In this document: one piece after another, positions 10,501 to 21,297 of the stretch | Numbering within the stretch: position 1 is the first letter of the stretch | Layout: the number at the start of each line of letters is the position of its first letter | Assembly: GCA_002269645.1 (NCBI GenBank) | Contig: NIVC01002654.1 | Location: 88,711 to 152,710 of the forward strand | Length of the DNA: 64,000 bases | Origin: Macrostomum lignano | Lineage: Eukaryota | Reading direction: 5' to 3' | Translations under genes and position numbers: made by a program | Notes under the pieces: generated by a model | Told to the model about the DNA's origin: nothing | Database searches by the model: none | The model's input: only the letters and a program-made list of their open reading frames with translations

Positions 10501-12764
10501 TCTAAGTACATTTAGCTTAAAAGTACAAACGCACATAGAAAGTGCATGTGTACTTTTAGAAAAATTAATAACTAAAAGAACCAATCGATACCTACCTCGC
10601 TTCCCTTGCTAGCATAGACAATGTACTGATTCTGTCCATCTATTTCGCCCGTGTACAGCTCCAACAGGCTGTAAGTCGCATTCTGAAATAATGAAATTCA
10701 ATTCATAAATATAATTGTAGTTCACAGAGCAAGGTAGAGCTTCTAACAAATCTCTGCTGACCTTGACAAAAATGGCGAACCGCAGCAGCTCGAATCGATC
10801 TGTTGGCGGTGATATCTTACTCGCCTCCGGAAAGTTGCTAACGTTTTGAACTCGAAATGACGGCGTGTCCGATTTCTCGGGCACTGATAGAATATTAAAA
10901 TAGGCTTCCATTGCGAAATTTGAAAAAAGTGTTTAGAAAAAGACACGGCAAGTTTCCTTTATTTTAACTGTATCCAAAAATTGATCCCTAAGTGCCGTTT
11001 TTATAAACGTGTGTCCAAGAGGGCCGTTCTATGAAAGTGTCACCAAAGGGGCCGTTTTATAGAAGTGTCCCCAAAAGGAACGTTTATAATATTGTCGCCA
11101 AGGGGAAGTTTTTAATTTAAAAAATCAACTCCGATAAGGAACCTCTGAAGCCTAAATGATATGAATCATTCAGTATTACATTTGAAATCTCAAATCAAAA
11201 ATAGTCTATAACCAAAAGACGAGTTCTCCCTAGACAAAATTGCTTCTGGTGACTCACCCCTAACGGCTCCTTTCTCAAACAGTTCGCTGGCCGATTTTCC
11301 AGCCGCCAGGAATTCGTCAGTTCCAATCGGACGACCAGCGGCTAAGCAGGCGTCGAGAAATCCGATTCGAACCACGGGCTTGCCAAGGCTGAGCGCCTGT
11401 CGAACTTTTGAGCACTGCAGGTCGACACCGTCGGATACCAGTAGGTAGTCAATCTGGTGAGTAGAAGGCAGGGAAAATCTGTTCAGCACTTTGATTCCCA
11501 ACCCTGCCAGCCAATCAGCGCACTGTCTTGTGTACACTGGCTGAGCCTTATCTAATATTAGCCAGCCAATCAGCGCACTGCTTGGTGTACACTGTCTGAA
11601 CCTTATCTAATATCAGCCAGCCAATCAGTGCACTGCTTGGTGTACACTGGCTGAGCCTTATCTAATATCAGCCAGCCAATCAGCGCACGGCTTGGTGTAC
11701 ACTGGCTGAGACTTATCTAATCTCAGCCAGCCAATGAGTGCACTGCCTGGTGTACACTGGCTGAGCCTTATCTAATCTCAGCCAGCCAATGAGTGCACTG
11801 CCTGGTGTACACTGGCTGAGCCTTATCTAATCTCAGCCAGCCAATGAGTGCACTGCTTGGTGTACACTGGCTGAGCCTTATCTGATCTCAGCCAGCCAAT
11901 CAGCGCACTGCCTAGTTTACACTGTCTGAAACATTCCATATTATAATACCACAGCGAATTACCTTCCTAGTGACAATGCAGGACACAATGCCGCCATTGG
12001 TCATGATTAATCGTCGATAATTCTGCTTGTCTTTGGGCCGAACGCCGCTGTCCAACAATAGCGCGAATTGAAGGCTATTCAGTGGACCAGACGCTTGCAA
12101 AGGTGGAGCCTGAGCAGTTGAAGCAGTAGCCTCACCTGAGACTGAGCTGGGCACGCCAATATTCTTGAGTGTTGGGAACAAGATTAAGAGGCTAATAGTT
12201 AATTTGAGCATTCTCATTGGATAGATATCCAAATAAAGGTAACTGAAAATAATTCTCTCACCAGCGATAGAGGAAGAGGCTTTGCAGCAGAACTAATGCT
12301 TGGCTTGGTCAGCGAGTGCAACTTTGCTGTTGATGGAAGCAGAGATGGCAATGCATATATACTAGGAAATTTTAAATTTCATAATAAACCAGACTATTCT
12401 AAAGAGAGATTTAGGGCCCAACAGTTTGGGATATTTTTAGCCAATCCTACAAAACAGCCAATGCTTTAGTGTTGCGTGGTTGCAAAATTGTAAGTAATAT
12501 TAATAATATCTTACTTGACTGCATTTGTGGCTGGCATTTTGACAAGGCAGACATAACTAGCTTTGTTGAGTTGTTGTCAGCGCCAATCACTGGCTTTGGT
12601 TTTGAAGCATCCTTTCTAATTGAAGACACCTGCAGCTCTGTGGCCTGATTAGACTTAAAAGTGTCATGGCTTTGGGTTGTTGTAGGAGCCAGAAATTGGA
12701 AAACTGGATGCAATTCAGGCATGGTTGTGGAATAACATTTGCATGCAAATATTTTGGACACTTG
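1..12764 (-). CDS. PARP4: Vault PARP (PARP4-like) multi-exon gene with fused C-terminal ubiquitin-like and actin domains; 3' end runs off the window
   Basis: Predicted exons (minus strand, GT-AG, phases compatible): 12764-12515 (uncertain), 12135-11963, 11453-11258 (BRCT), 10883-10762, 10374-10171, 9476-9306, 9029-8856, 7963-7674, 6978-6381 (catalytic LLFHGS...GRGIYFAD...DREFAVF), 5895-5392 (VIT: EARYVFPL...FEAYIG), 4551-4157 and 3417-2721 (vWA: [20 protein letters not shown]), 2365-2264 ([10 protein letters not shown]), 2144-2028, 1859-1658, 1566-1246 (Ubl), 230-1 (actin). Motifs follow human PARP4 in order. The N-terminus and the last two junctions are the least certain parts. Confidence 0.9.
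295..1198. repeat. 24-bp intronic minisatellite (GGATTGGAGACAGCAGACACAACA)n
   Basis: Direct tandem units visible; produces spurious ETADTTGL / RHNRIGDS ORFs. Confidence 0.95.
1246..1566 (-). CDS. Ubiquitin-like domain exon (Ubl 1552-1325) plus basic linker
   Basis: [76 protein letters not shown] aligns without gaps to 76-aa ubiquitin, 30/76 identical by hand count. Acceptor ttccgCAG at 1569-1567; donor GTGAGA at 1245. Confidence 0.92.
3956..4145 (+). mobile_element. SINE family B copy (tRNA-like head, 3' truncated)
   Basis: GGGGCGTAGCCCAGTGGTCTAACGC head with an A-box-like motif. Body CAAGTGCAGTCACATT...GCAATTAACGCCCTTGAG is shared with 18700-19030 and 38381-38741. Confidence 0.75.
4690..5170. 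repeat. ~21-bp pyrimidine-rich minisatellite (CCCCACTCTCTCCCTATCCCT)n
   Basis: Direct tandem units inside a PARP4 intron. Confidence 0.95.
7061..7590. repeat. (GACA)n microsatellite
   Basis: Visible tetranucleotide run. Confidence 0.97.
7990..8420. repeat. (GATT)n-derived microsatellite with a higher-order unit
   Basis: Recurring GATTGATT...GACTGATTGAATGTT. Confidence 0.95.
9098..9215. repeat. 30-bp tandem repeat (ACTAAAGCGTGCAACCCTCTCCAAGTATTT), about 4 copies
   Basis: Visible direct units. Confidence 0.85.
9575..10090. repeat. 18-bp minisatellite (CACGCTGCAGTCTCCCCA)n
   Basis: Visible direct units in a PARP4 intron. Confidence 0.95.
11506..11915. repeat. 55-bp minisatellite (GCCAGCCAATCAGCGCACTG...GTGTACACTGGCTGAGCCTTATCTAATCTCA)n
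   Basis: Unit starts at 11506 and 11561 give a 55-bp period; lies between the two BRCT exons. Confidence 0.93.
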
Positions 12765-14957
12765 CTATGAGCTTATAATATTATAGGCCAACTAATTATA
12801 TTTGTTAATTATTAATGCTATTAAGTTACTTAGTTGCATGGGGGTTGCAGCTTGGCATACTTGGCTTAAAGCAAAATTGTTACATAGCTAGCAAGGAATT
12901 CCAAATTAGTCCTCTACTTGTTCTTCTATATTGGTATTATATTCAGATTATTTCAAATATACTCAACATTTATTATCAACAACATTGAAAGTCATTGTAA
13001 AAATTATTCAACATACACAGTTATTATAAGTTATATAGATAATCCAGCCAAAAAAATATATTATTTATGTTTTTTTGATTTTACCTAACTTTTCACTTAA
13101 GTCATATTGTCTAAAATGCAAGGCATTATTTAAAAGTGAGGTAGTTATTTAATTCCTAATTATTTTTATTTCTCTTGGATAAAGCACCCATTAATAAATG
13201 ATTAAGAATTCTTTACAGCAATTTTTTACTATTGACAACATATAATATATTTGAATGATTGATCATTCTTCTATTATTGTTTGATTATATTTAAAAATAG
13301 TTTAATAATATGGGTAAATAATAATTCATAAAATTGGGAGACATTTTTTTAAGTTAAAAATAATGATTTAATAGCCTATGGCAATGACTCAATAAGAAAG
13401 TTGCAAGTGTATAAGAATATAATAAGATCCCTTAAACAAAGTTTGTCCCAAAAAACTATATAGTTGTGATTATATTACTCTAGTAGGTAAAAACAATTTA
13501 AAAACTTGAATATTGAAAAAAAATCGTCTATGGGTGCTGATTTGCAGAAAATGTAGCAATATTAATAGGCCTATAACGTACTTGCGAACAATGTCATTAT
13601 GTCAATAAAGATACTTAAATAAAACAGTGAAGCAACAAGGCATTTAAAGATACTAAACTTAAAAAAATGAATTAGGAAGAACCATAGGATCTAGAGTGGA
13701 CTAAAAATAAGTTGTAATAACGCGAAAGCAGTTCTTTGCATTAAGGAAGAAGTAAGAACCGAGGAAAGGAACCAATCCTGGTTAGAAAAAAGGATTATGA
13801 AATCATGCCCTCAATAACAATAGCAGCCAATGTATACACTTTTTGCTTCCTAACTAAAATTAAAGTTTTTTTTAAACGAATATTGCATATATTTTTCGCC
13901 CGTAACCTGTTATTTCCAGAGAGAAACTGGTATATCTACACAAGTGACTAATCAAAACGCAATCTGAAACTTATAGATCCTCGCCGGGATATCCTGGAAA
14001 TTGGACATTTCAAATTTTAGATGAAATATTTTTATACCAATGTAGTAAAAACTTGGCGCACTTTTAAATTTCATATACTTTTTTGTTCAGGCTAAAGTAT
14101 TTGTTTTCAATAAGAAAAAATAACTTTTAAAAATGTTTTTTATTTGTTGAGATGGTGAGTTCTCTTTTTTAAAAAGCATTCTTTGTTCCCGGAAATAGAA
14201 TTCGTCGGTCGGTCCAAGGCGCAAGTTAGTTAGCAACATATGTGTTCTGGTGTTAGACATGTCACCTTTTTAGTAGTCGTAGTTAATTTAGCAGCATATG
14301 AGTAATATATCACTTAGTAAATCGCTTTTTTTAAGTGGCTAGAGTTTTTTATTATTGTTAAAAAATCATGCGTCACCTCACATGTCATAATTGATTTCTA
14401 TTCTATAAATAACCATGCCTAACAATCCTAACATGCATGCTTCGCATGTTCAGTTTTTGGAAATAGGCCATAGGTCTAGCCTACTTCAGTAATAATAGTG
14501 TTATTTATAATTAGTAAAAATGTATAGAAAATTCCTAAATACAATGTCAATGTGGTTTGGTGTATTCATACATATTTGTAAGCTAATTTAGGCCTACCAA
14601 ATTAATTTACTAAAGAAATAAGTATTTATTGAACATTGCAAGAATTATAGGGATTTAGGATTCTAGGAATTTAAGAATAAACTATCTACTTTGCTTAGGC
14701 CCTAAATCTAATGTTGCTAAGAGTAAAGTATACACTGCAAAAATGCCAAATAGGGGCCTTAATTTAAAAAAATATTGATATCTAAAAACAACAAATAAAT
14801 GAATTAGACCTAATTCTAAGCAAATCAATATTGATAAATACTACCTAATTTTTATATCCTAATAAAATACTTCACTAAAACCTACCAACATATGCTAGGA
14901 GCATATATTGATATATGCTCTATTCTTTGCTCTATTTGACGCATTTATAGACCTATA

Positions 14958-15675
14958 NNNNNNNNNNNNNNNNNNNNNNNNNNNNNNNNNNNNNNNNNNN
15001 NNNNNNNNNNNNNNNNNNNNNNNNNNNNNNNNNNNNNNNNNNNNNNNNNNNNNNNNNNNNNNNNNNNNNNNNNNNNNNNNNNNNNNNNNNNNNNNNNNNN
15101 NNNNNNNNNNNNNNNNNNNNNNNNNNNNNNNNNNNNNNNNNNNNNNNNNNNNNNNNNNNNNNNNNNNNNNNNNNNNNNNNNNNNNNNNNNNNNNNNNNNN
15201 NNNNNNNNNNNNNNNNNNNNNNNNNNNNNNNNNNNNNNNNNNNNNNNNNNNNNNNNNNNNNNNNNNNNNNNNNNNNNNNNNNNNNNNNNNNNNNNNNNNN
15301 NNNNNNNNNNNNNNNNNNNNNNNNNNNNNNNNNNNNNNNNNNNNNNNNNNNNNNNNNNNNNNNNNNNNNNNNNNNNNNNNNNNNNNNNNNNNNNNNNNNN
15401 NNNNNNNNNNNNNNNNNNNNNNNNNNNNNNNNNNNNNNNNNNNNNNNNNNNNNNNNNNNNNNNNNNNNNNNNNNNNNNNNNNNNNNNNNNNNNNNNNNNN
15501 NNNNNNNNNNNNNNNNNNNNNNNNNNNNNNNNNNNNNNNNNNNNNNNNNNNNNNNNNNNNNNNNNNNNNNNNNNNNNNNNNNNNNNNNNNNNNNNNNNNN
15601 NNNNNNNNNNNNNNNNNNNNNNNNNNNNNNNNNNNNNNNNNNNNNNNNNNNNNNNNNNNNNNNNNNNNNNNNNNN
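14958..15675. other. Assembly gap (718 N)
   Basis: Run of n. Confidence 1.
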
Positions 15676-18068
15676 TTGAATTCATCTCTCCAGTTTCTGC
15701 GTAGAATCAGAGTTGTTTGACCGGCCTTCAATGGCTTCAGCCGCTAGCCCAGCTTCAATTGAATTCATCTCTCCAGTTTCTGCGTAGAATCAGAGTTGTT
15801 TGACCGGCCTTCAATGCTTCAGCCGCTAGCCCAGCTTCAATTGAATTCATCTCTCCAGTTTCTGCGTAGAATCAGAGTTGTTTGACCGGCCTTCAATGGC
15901 TTCAGCCGCTAGCCCAGCTTCAATTGAATTCATCTCTCCAGTTTCTGCGTAGAATCAGAGTTGTTTGACCGGCCTTCAATGGCTTCAGCCGCTAGCCCAG
16001 CTTCAATTGAATTCATCTCTCCAGTTTCTGCGTAGAATCAGAGTTGTTTGACCGGCCTTCAATGGCTTCAGCCGCTAGCCCAGCTTCAATTGAATTCATC
16101 TCTCCAGTTTCTGCGTAGAATCAGAGTTGTTTGACCGGCCTTCAATGGCTTCAGCCGCTAGCCCAGCTTCAATTGAATTCATCTCTCCAGTTTCTGCGTA
16201 GAATCAGAGTTGTTTGACCGGCCTTCAATGGCTTCAGCCGCTAGCCCAGCTTCAATTGAATTCATCTCTCCAGTTTCTGCGTAGAATCAGAGTTGTTTGA
16301 CCGGCCTTCAATGGCTTCAGCCGCTAGCCCAGCTTCAATTGAATTCATCTCTCCAGTTTCTGCGTAGAATCAGAGTTGTTTGACCGGCCTTCAATGGCTT
16401 CAGCCGCTAGCCCAGCTTCAATTGAATTCATCTCTCCAGTTTCTGCGTAGAATCAGAGTTGTTTGACCGGCCTTCAATGGCTTCAGCCGCTAGCCCAGCT
16501 TCAATTGAATTCATCTCTCCAGTTTCTGCGTCGAATCAGAGTTGTTTGACCGGCCTTCAATGGCTTCAGCCGCTAGCCCAGCTTCAATTGAATTCATCTC
16601 TCCAGTTTCTGCGTAGAATCAGAGTTGTTTGACCGGCCTTCAATGGCTTCAGCCGCTAGCCCAGCTTCAATTGAATTCATCTCTCCAGTTTCTGCGTAGA
16701 ATCAGAGTTGTTTGACCGGCCTTCAATGGCTTCAGCCGCTAGCCCAGCTTCAATTGAATTCATCTCTCCAGTTTCTGCGTAGAATCAGAGTTGTTTGACC
16801 GGCCTTCAATGGCTTCAGCCGCTAGCCCAGCTTCAATTGAATTCATCTCTCCAGTTTCTGCGTCGAATCAGAGTTGTTTGACCGGCCTTCAATGGCTTCA
16901 GCCGCTAGCCCAGCTTCAATTGAATTCATCTCTCCAGTTTCTGCGTAGAATCAGAGTTGTTTGACCGGCCTTCAATGGCTTCAGCCGCTAGCCCAGCTTC
17001 AATTGAATTCATCTCTCCAGTTTCTGCGTAGAATCAGAGTTGTTTGACCGGCCTTCAATGGCTTCAGCCGCTAGCCCAGCTTCAATTGAATTCATCTCTC
17101 CAGTTTCTGCGTAGAATCAGAGTTGTTTGACCGGCCTTCAATGGCTTCAGCCGCTAGCCCAGCTTCAATTGAATTCATCTCTCCAGTTTCTGCGTAGAAT
17201 CAGAGTTGTTTGACCGGCCTTCAATGGCTTCAGCCGCTAGCCCAGCTTCAATTGAATTCATCTCTCCAGTTTCTGCGTAGAATCAGAGTTGTTTGACCGG
17301 CCTTCAATGGCTTCAGCCGCTAGCCCAGCTTCAATTGAATTCATCTCTCCAGTTTCTGCGTAGAATCAGAGTTGTTTGACCGGCCTTCAATGGCTTCAGC
17401 CGCTAGCCCAGCTTCAATTGAATTCATCTCTCCAGTTTCTGCGTAGAATCAGAGTTGTTTGACCGGCCTTCAATGGCTTCAGCCGCTAGCCCAGCTTCAA
17501 TTGAATTCATCTCTCCAGTTTCTGCGTAGAATCAGAGTTGTTTGACCGGCCTTCAATGGCTTCAGCCGCTAGCCCAGCTTCAATTGAATTCATCTCTCCA
17601 GTTTCTGCGTCGAATCAGAGTTGTTTGACCGGCCTTCAATGGCTTCAGCCGCTAGCCCAGCTTCAATTGAATTCATCTCTCCAGTTTCTGCGTAGAATCA
17701 GAGTTGTTTGACCGGCCTTCAATGGCTTCAGCCGCTAGCCCAGCTTCAATTGAATTCATCTCTCCAGTTTCTGCGTAGAATCAGAGTTGTTTGACCGGCC
17801 TTCAATGGCTTCAGCCGCTAGCCCAGCTTCAATTGAATTCATCTCTCCAGTTTCTGCGTCGAATCAGAGTTGTTTGACCGGCCTTCAATGGCTTCAGCCG
17901 CTAGCCCAGCTTCAATTGAATTCATCTCTCCAGTTTCTGCGTAGAATCAGAGTTGTTTGACCGGCCTTCAATGGCTTCAGCCGCTAGCCCAGCTTCAATT
18001 GAATTCATCTCTCCAGTTTCTGCGTAGAATCAGAGTTGTTTGACCGGCCTTCAATGGCTTCAGCCGCT
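15676..18068. repeat. 83-bp highly homogeneous satellite, about 29 copies
   Basis: Unit GAATTCATCTCTCCAGTTTCTGCGTAGAATCAGAGTTGTTTGACCGGCCTTCAATGGCTTCAGCCGCTAGCCCAGCTTCAATT. It abuts the gap. Confidence 0.98.
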
Positions 18069-18150
18069 CATTCTAAGGTTTTAAAATAATCGAAAACAAT
18101 ATTTATGTTTCTTCGGCCTATTTCCGTGTTCTTCTTGGCACATAGACCAG

Positions 18151-18423
18151 ATGTGCAACCGACAGCTCAGCCGCAGCTATTGCGCGGCGCATCTGAAGGC
18201 TGCGTACGGCTGTTCAGTCCAAGGACTGGGGGTCGCCACACACACCCTCAATTACCCCAGTTAATGCTGGCACCCATTTTACAGCTGGTTGAACTGAAGC
18301 AATGCAGAGTTAAGTGTCTTGCTCAAGGACACAGATTGTTCTAAGTGGGTCGAGAATGGAACCCCCGACCTTCAAGTCGTGAGTCCGACGCTCTAAGCCT
18401 CTAACCTCTAGGCTACAACCCCC
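18151..18423 (-). mobile_element. SINE family A copy (tRNA head + CORE-like domain)
   Basis: Minus strand reads GGGGTTGTAGCCTAG...GGGGGTTCCATTCTCGACCC, then GTGTCCTTGAGCAAGACACTTAACTCTGCATTGCTTCAGTTCAACCAGCTGTAAAATGGG. Repeated at 27348, 45523, 48935 and 51110. Confidence 0.85.
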
Positions 18424-18699
18424 TCTTGGCACAAGGAACAGGCTTTGACACAACCATGGCTATGATTAGTTTTGCTACTTTATTGAAATACCTTTTAAAA
18501 TCAGTTTCGATTTAATTTTTAATGTATTATGCTCTTCAACAGTGATTAGCCGTCAGCTTTGCTAAATTACTCGTAATTACTCTACAAACAGCTGCACTGC
18601 TAGTGTATCACTTTTCAGTTAATTAAGACAGTTCATAACAAATAAGGATCCCCTGATGGGCTGGTACTAGAACAGTCTAGTGCTTTTGTTAGGCAGCAG

Positions 18700-19030
18700 A
18701 CAGGAGGGCAGCGACCCAGGCTGGATTTCAAGTGCAGTCACATTAATTTGGGACTAGACTGGAATCTCGGCTTACCTCTGCTCCTGCAATTAACGCCCTT
18801 GAGTCCCAACCCCCAAGGTACAGGGAAGTGTACATGGCTAACGATAATTAAAGTTAGAGCCGCTGTACACTCCTGTGTGAGTGTGTGCCTTACCTGTGCG
18901 TATGACTGCGTACGTATCCGCGCGCTTGTGTGCCTGCTCAGACGAGTCTGTGGAATGGGTAGCAATGCCTCTTGCCGATTGTGTGACCATGTCGCTTAAA
19001 GTGCGCCAGGTCGTACACAGTCCCCTGCTT
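18700..19030 (+). mobile_element. SINE family B copy
   Basis: Shares its body with 3956-4145 and 38381-38741. Confidence 0.8.
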
Positions 19031-21297
19031 GCATAGGGTTGCATAGGTCTGGCGAACAATCCGAGTCTTCGGATAATTCAATAGTGTTTAGTTTTTGCTC
19101 TTCAAGTATAGGTTATAGCCCGTACACTACTTTTACAGCACAAAATTTCGCTAACGAAAATGACTCACAACTACAAAGATGGGACTGTGAATTGCAGGAA
19201 GTGTCTCCTGCTGGCATCTTGTTGAACAGGCTCTCCACTTTCTACGAAATCTAATAGTCCGGGTAAGACTGGCTCTGGGTGCCGTCTACAAGGCCGTAAT
19301 TTGCATGTCTGCACTTCCACGGAAGCGCCGCATCGCCGACACTGCAGCAATATTTAGTTCGATCTCTCCTCTCGCGGTCTTTCGTCACTGCGTCTAGGGC
19401 ATTGCATTCGCCATTAGGCTTTTGACATATGATAGAAAATTTAATATGTTCAGCCCGTGCGATGATGGAGAAAAAATGTAGAATCGCACATTTGGATGCT
19501 GGATTGGGGTGAGAGAATTTGTCGGTTAGGAATAATTCGACACAGCTTCTATGCGACACTACGGTGCTTGTGGCGCGTTTGCCTTAGTGCCTATGCTGAT
19601 GCGAACTGGCGGCTCAGCACGGTCGGCAAATTCGATTTAGTGCTGTCGCCAATTTTGTAGCTGTCCTCTTCTCGCCCATTTTTTGCTCAGCTGTGGTCTT
19701 GCCATCTCGACGCTCGTCGGTTTTTTTGGTCTTCGGTCATTCCAAAGCAGACGAGCGCTTCTGCAAGCTTCTATTGTTAGCCTGACGGAATCAAATGTTG
19801 CCGTCTTTATCCGAGGTGCCTGTTGGTAGACAGCGGTGTCTGGCGGGTTTTAATGCGCCTGTCCATCCGAAAATGAATATTGCATGACAGTGTTTCAGCA
19901 GCTGAAAATCTGCTTTTAGATTGACCCTGCCAACACTGGCATGGGTCTGGCCTTGCGCCGCATCGATTTATCGGGAATCAAACGCTTCCCTAATCTCTCT
20001 TATTTATTTCTCCCTCCCGTTGCTGCCGGCCACACTTAGCTGACTCTACCCTGCTTTCTCTGTTTTTCTCATCCCTGCCAACCCTCTCTCAGTTCTATAG
20101 GCTTCTCTATCTTTTTCTATTCTCGCCTGCTACCACTCGGCGCTTTCCAACGCCTGGAGGGCCTCGCGTTTGAAATGATAAATCAGTTGGATGCGGGGTC
20201 TCTATCCCTCTCTATTCCCGTTCCCATCTATCCCTGCCTGCGAGCTGTTTGTCTCTATGGCTCCCCAGCTCAGATAGCCGTTCCACCCCCCTCTCCTAGC
20301 CATCCGATATCCCACAACAGCACACCCCGTCCCCAATCTTGGCCCTGGCTACTGCAAGCCTCTATAGTCTGCTTTCTTTCACTCTCTTCCCCCTATCAAC
20401 CATTTCTTTGGTTTCCTCTCTCAGCTGCTCTGCTGCAGATGCATAGATCTGCTGGCGCATATGCTAGGTTGCTAGTGATGAAACCTAACGCATGTCTGTG
20501 ACAGCCAACATAGTAAAAGGGGGTAGTGATCACTTCGTAGCTTCGTAAGGCTTTAAAGCTTTGTAGACATTTGCTAGACAACACAGTGCGACTCAGTATA
20601 ACTGACTATAGATATGATCTGAAGCCATCAGAATTCGTTTTGCTGAAGATCTGCTTAGCGCATAGGCACTAGACATACTGACATTATTGTAAGTGCAATG
20701 CCAAATGTACTAAGTGTTAAGCTTATCATTCCCAAGTTCCTGCTAAAGTTTGCTCTTGAAACAGATAAGGCTGATAATGGACTCGTGCAGTCTCTATATA
20801 ATAATACTAAATAAGTAGTATTTATGCTTACTCTTTTCTTACGGTATGCGGCCCCTGGGCGCTCCATTCAGATTATATTTCGCGAGCATCTCCTCGTGGG
20901 ACATTGCGGTGTGCCGCCATTCGTCTCGCTTTCTACTTTTCGTCCCGTTTGCCTCCCTTCTAGCTACCGGCTGGCCTCTTGTTTGCCGCTTGAAAAATGA
21001 ATTTTCTTCTGCCCTCGCTGCATTATACACGAACCATGTATGTATCTCGCGTTCCTTTGGGATTGCCGCCGTCTCTAGTCTTATTTCAATATTTCCTTTT
21101 GACTCGGTGCTCTTGTCTTTTTTATTTTTGTATTTCATTTTATTCCCTTTTCCCGTCCGCAATCCCCAGTGGCGGCTGCCGTGATTTTATGCTAATAATG
21201 TCAGGACTGAATGCTACGGGCCATGCGATCTGATCTATGTTCCCTATCTCCGATAATAATCTGACTTTGCCCCCCGTTTTTCACTACAAACTTGCAG

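Noticed and set aside
12258-12362. Possible extra PARP4 5' exon ([14 protein letters not shown]...)
   Set aside because: Its only open frame is out of phase with the 12515 donor, whereas 12515 splices in phase directly to 12135. Left unannotated.
14895-15731. ORFs spanning the N run
   Set aside because: Assembly-gap artefacts.
19251-19559. ORF with SHP..K..I....RA..I pattern reminiscent of Penelope-like elements
   Set aside because: Too weak; no RT or GIY-YIG motif found nearby.
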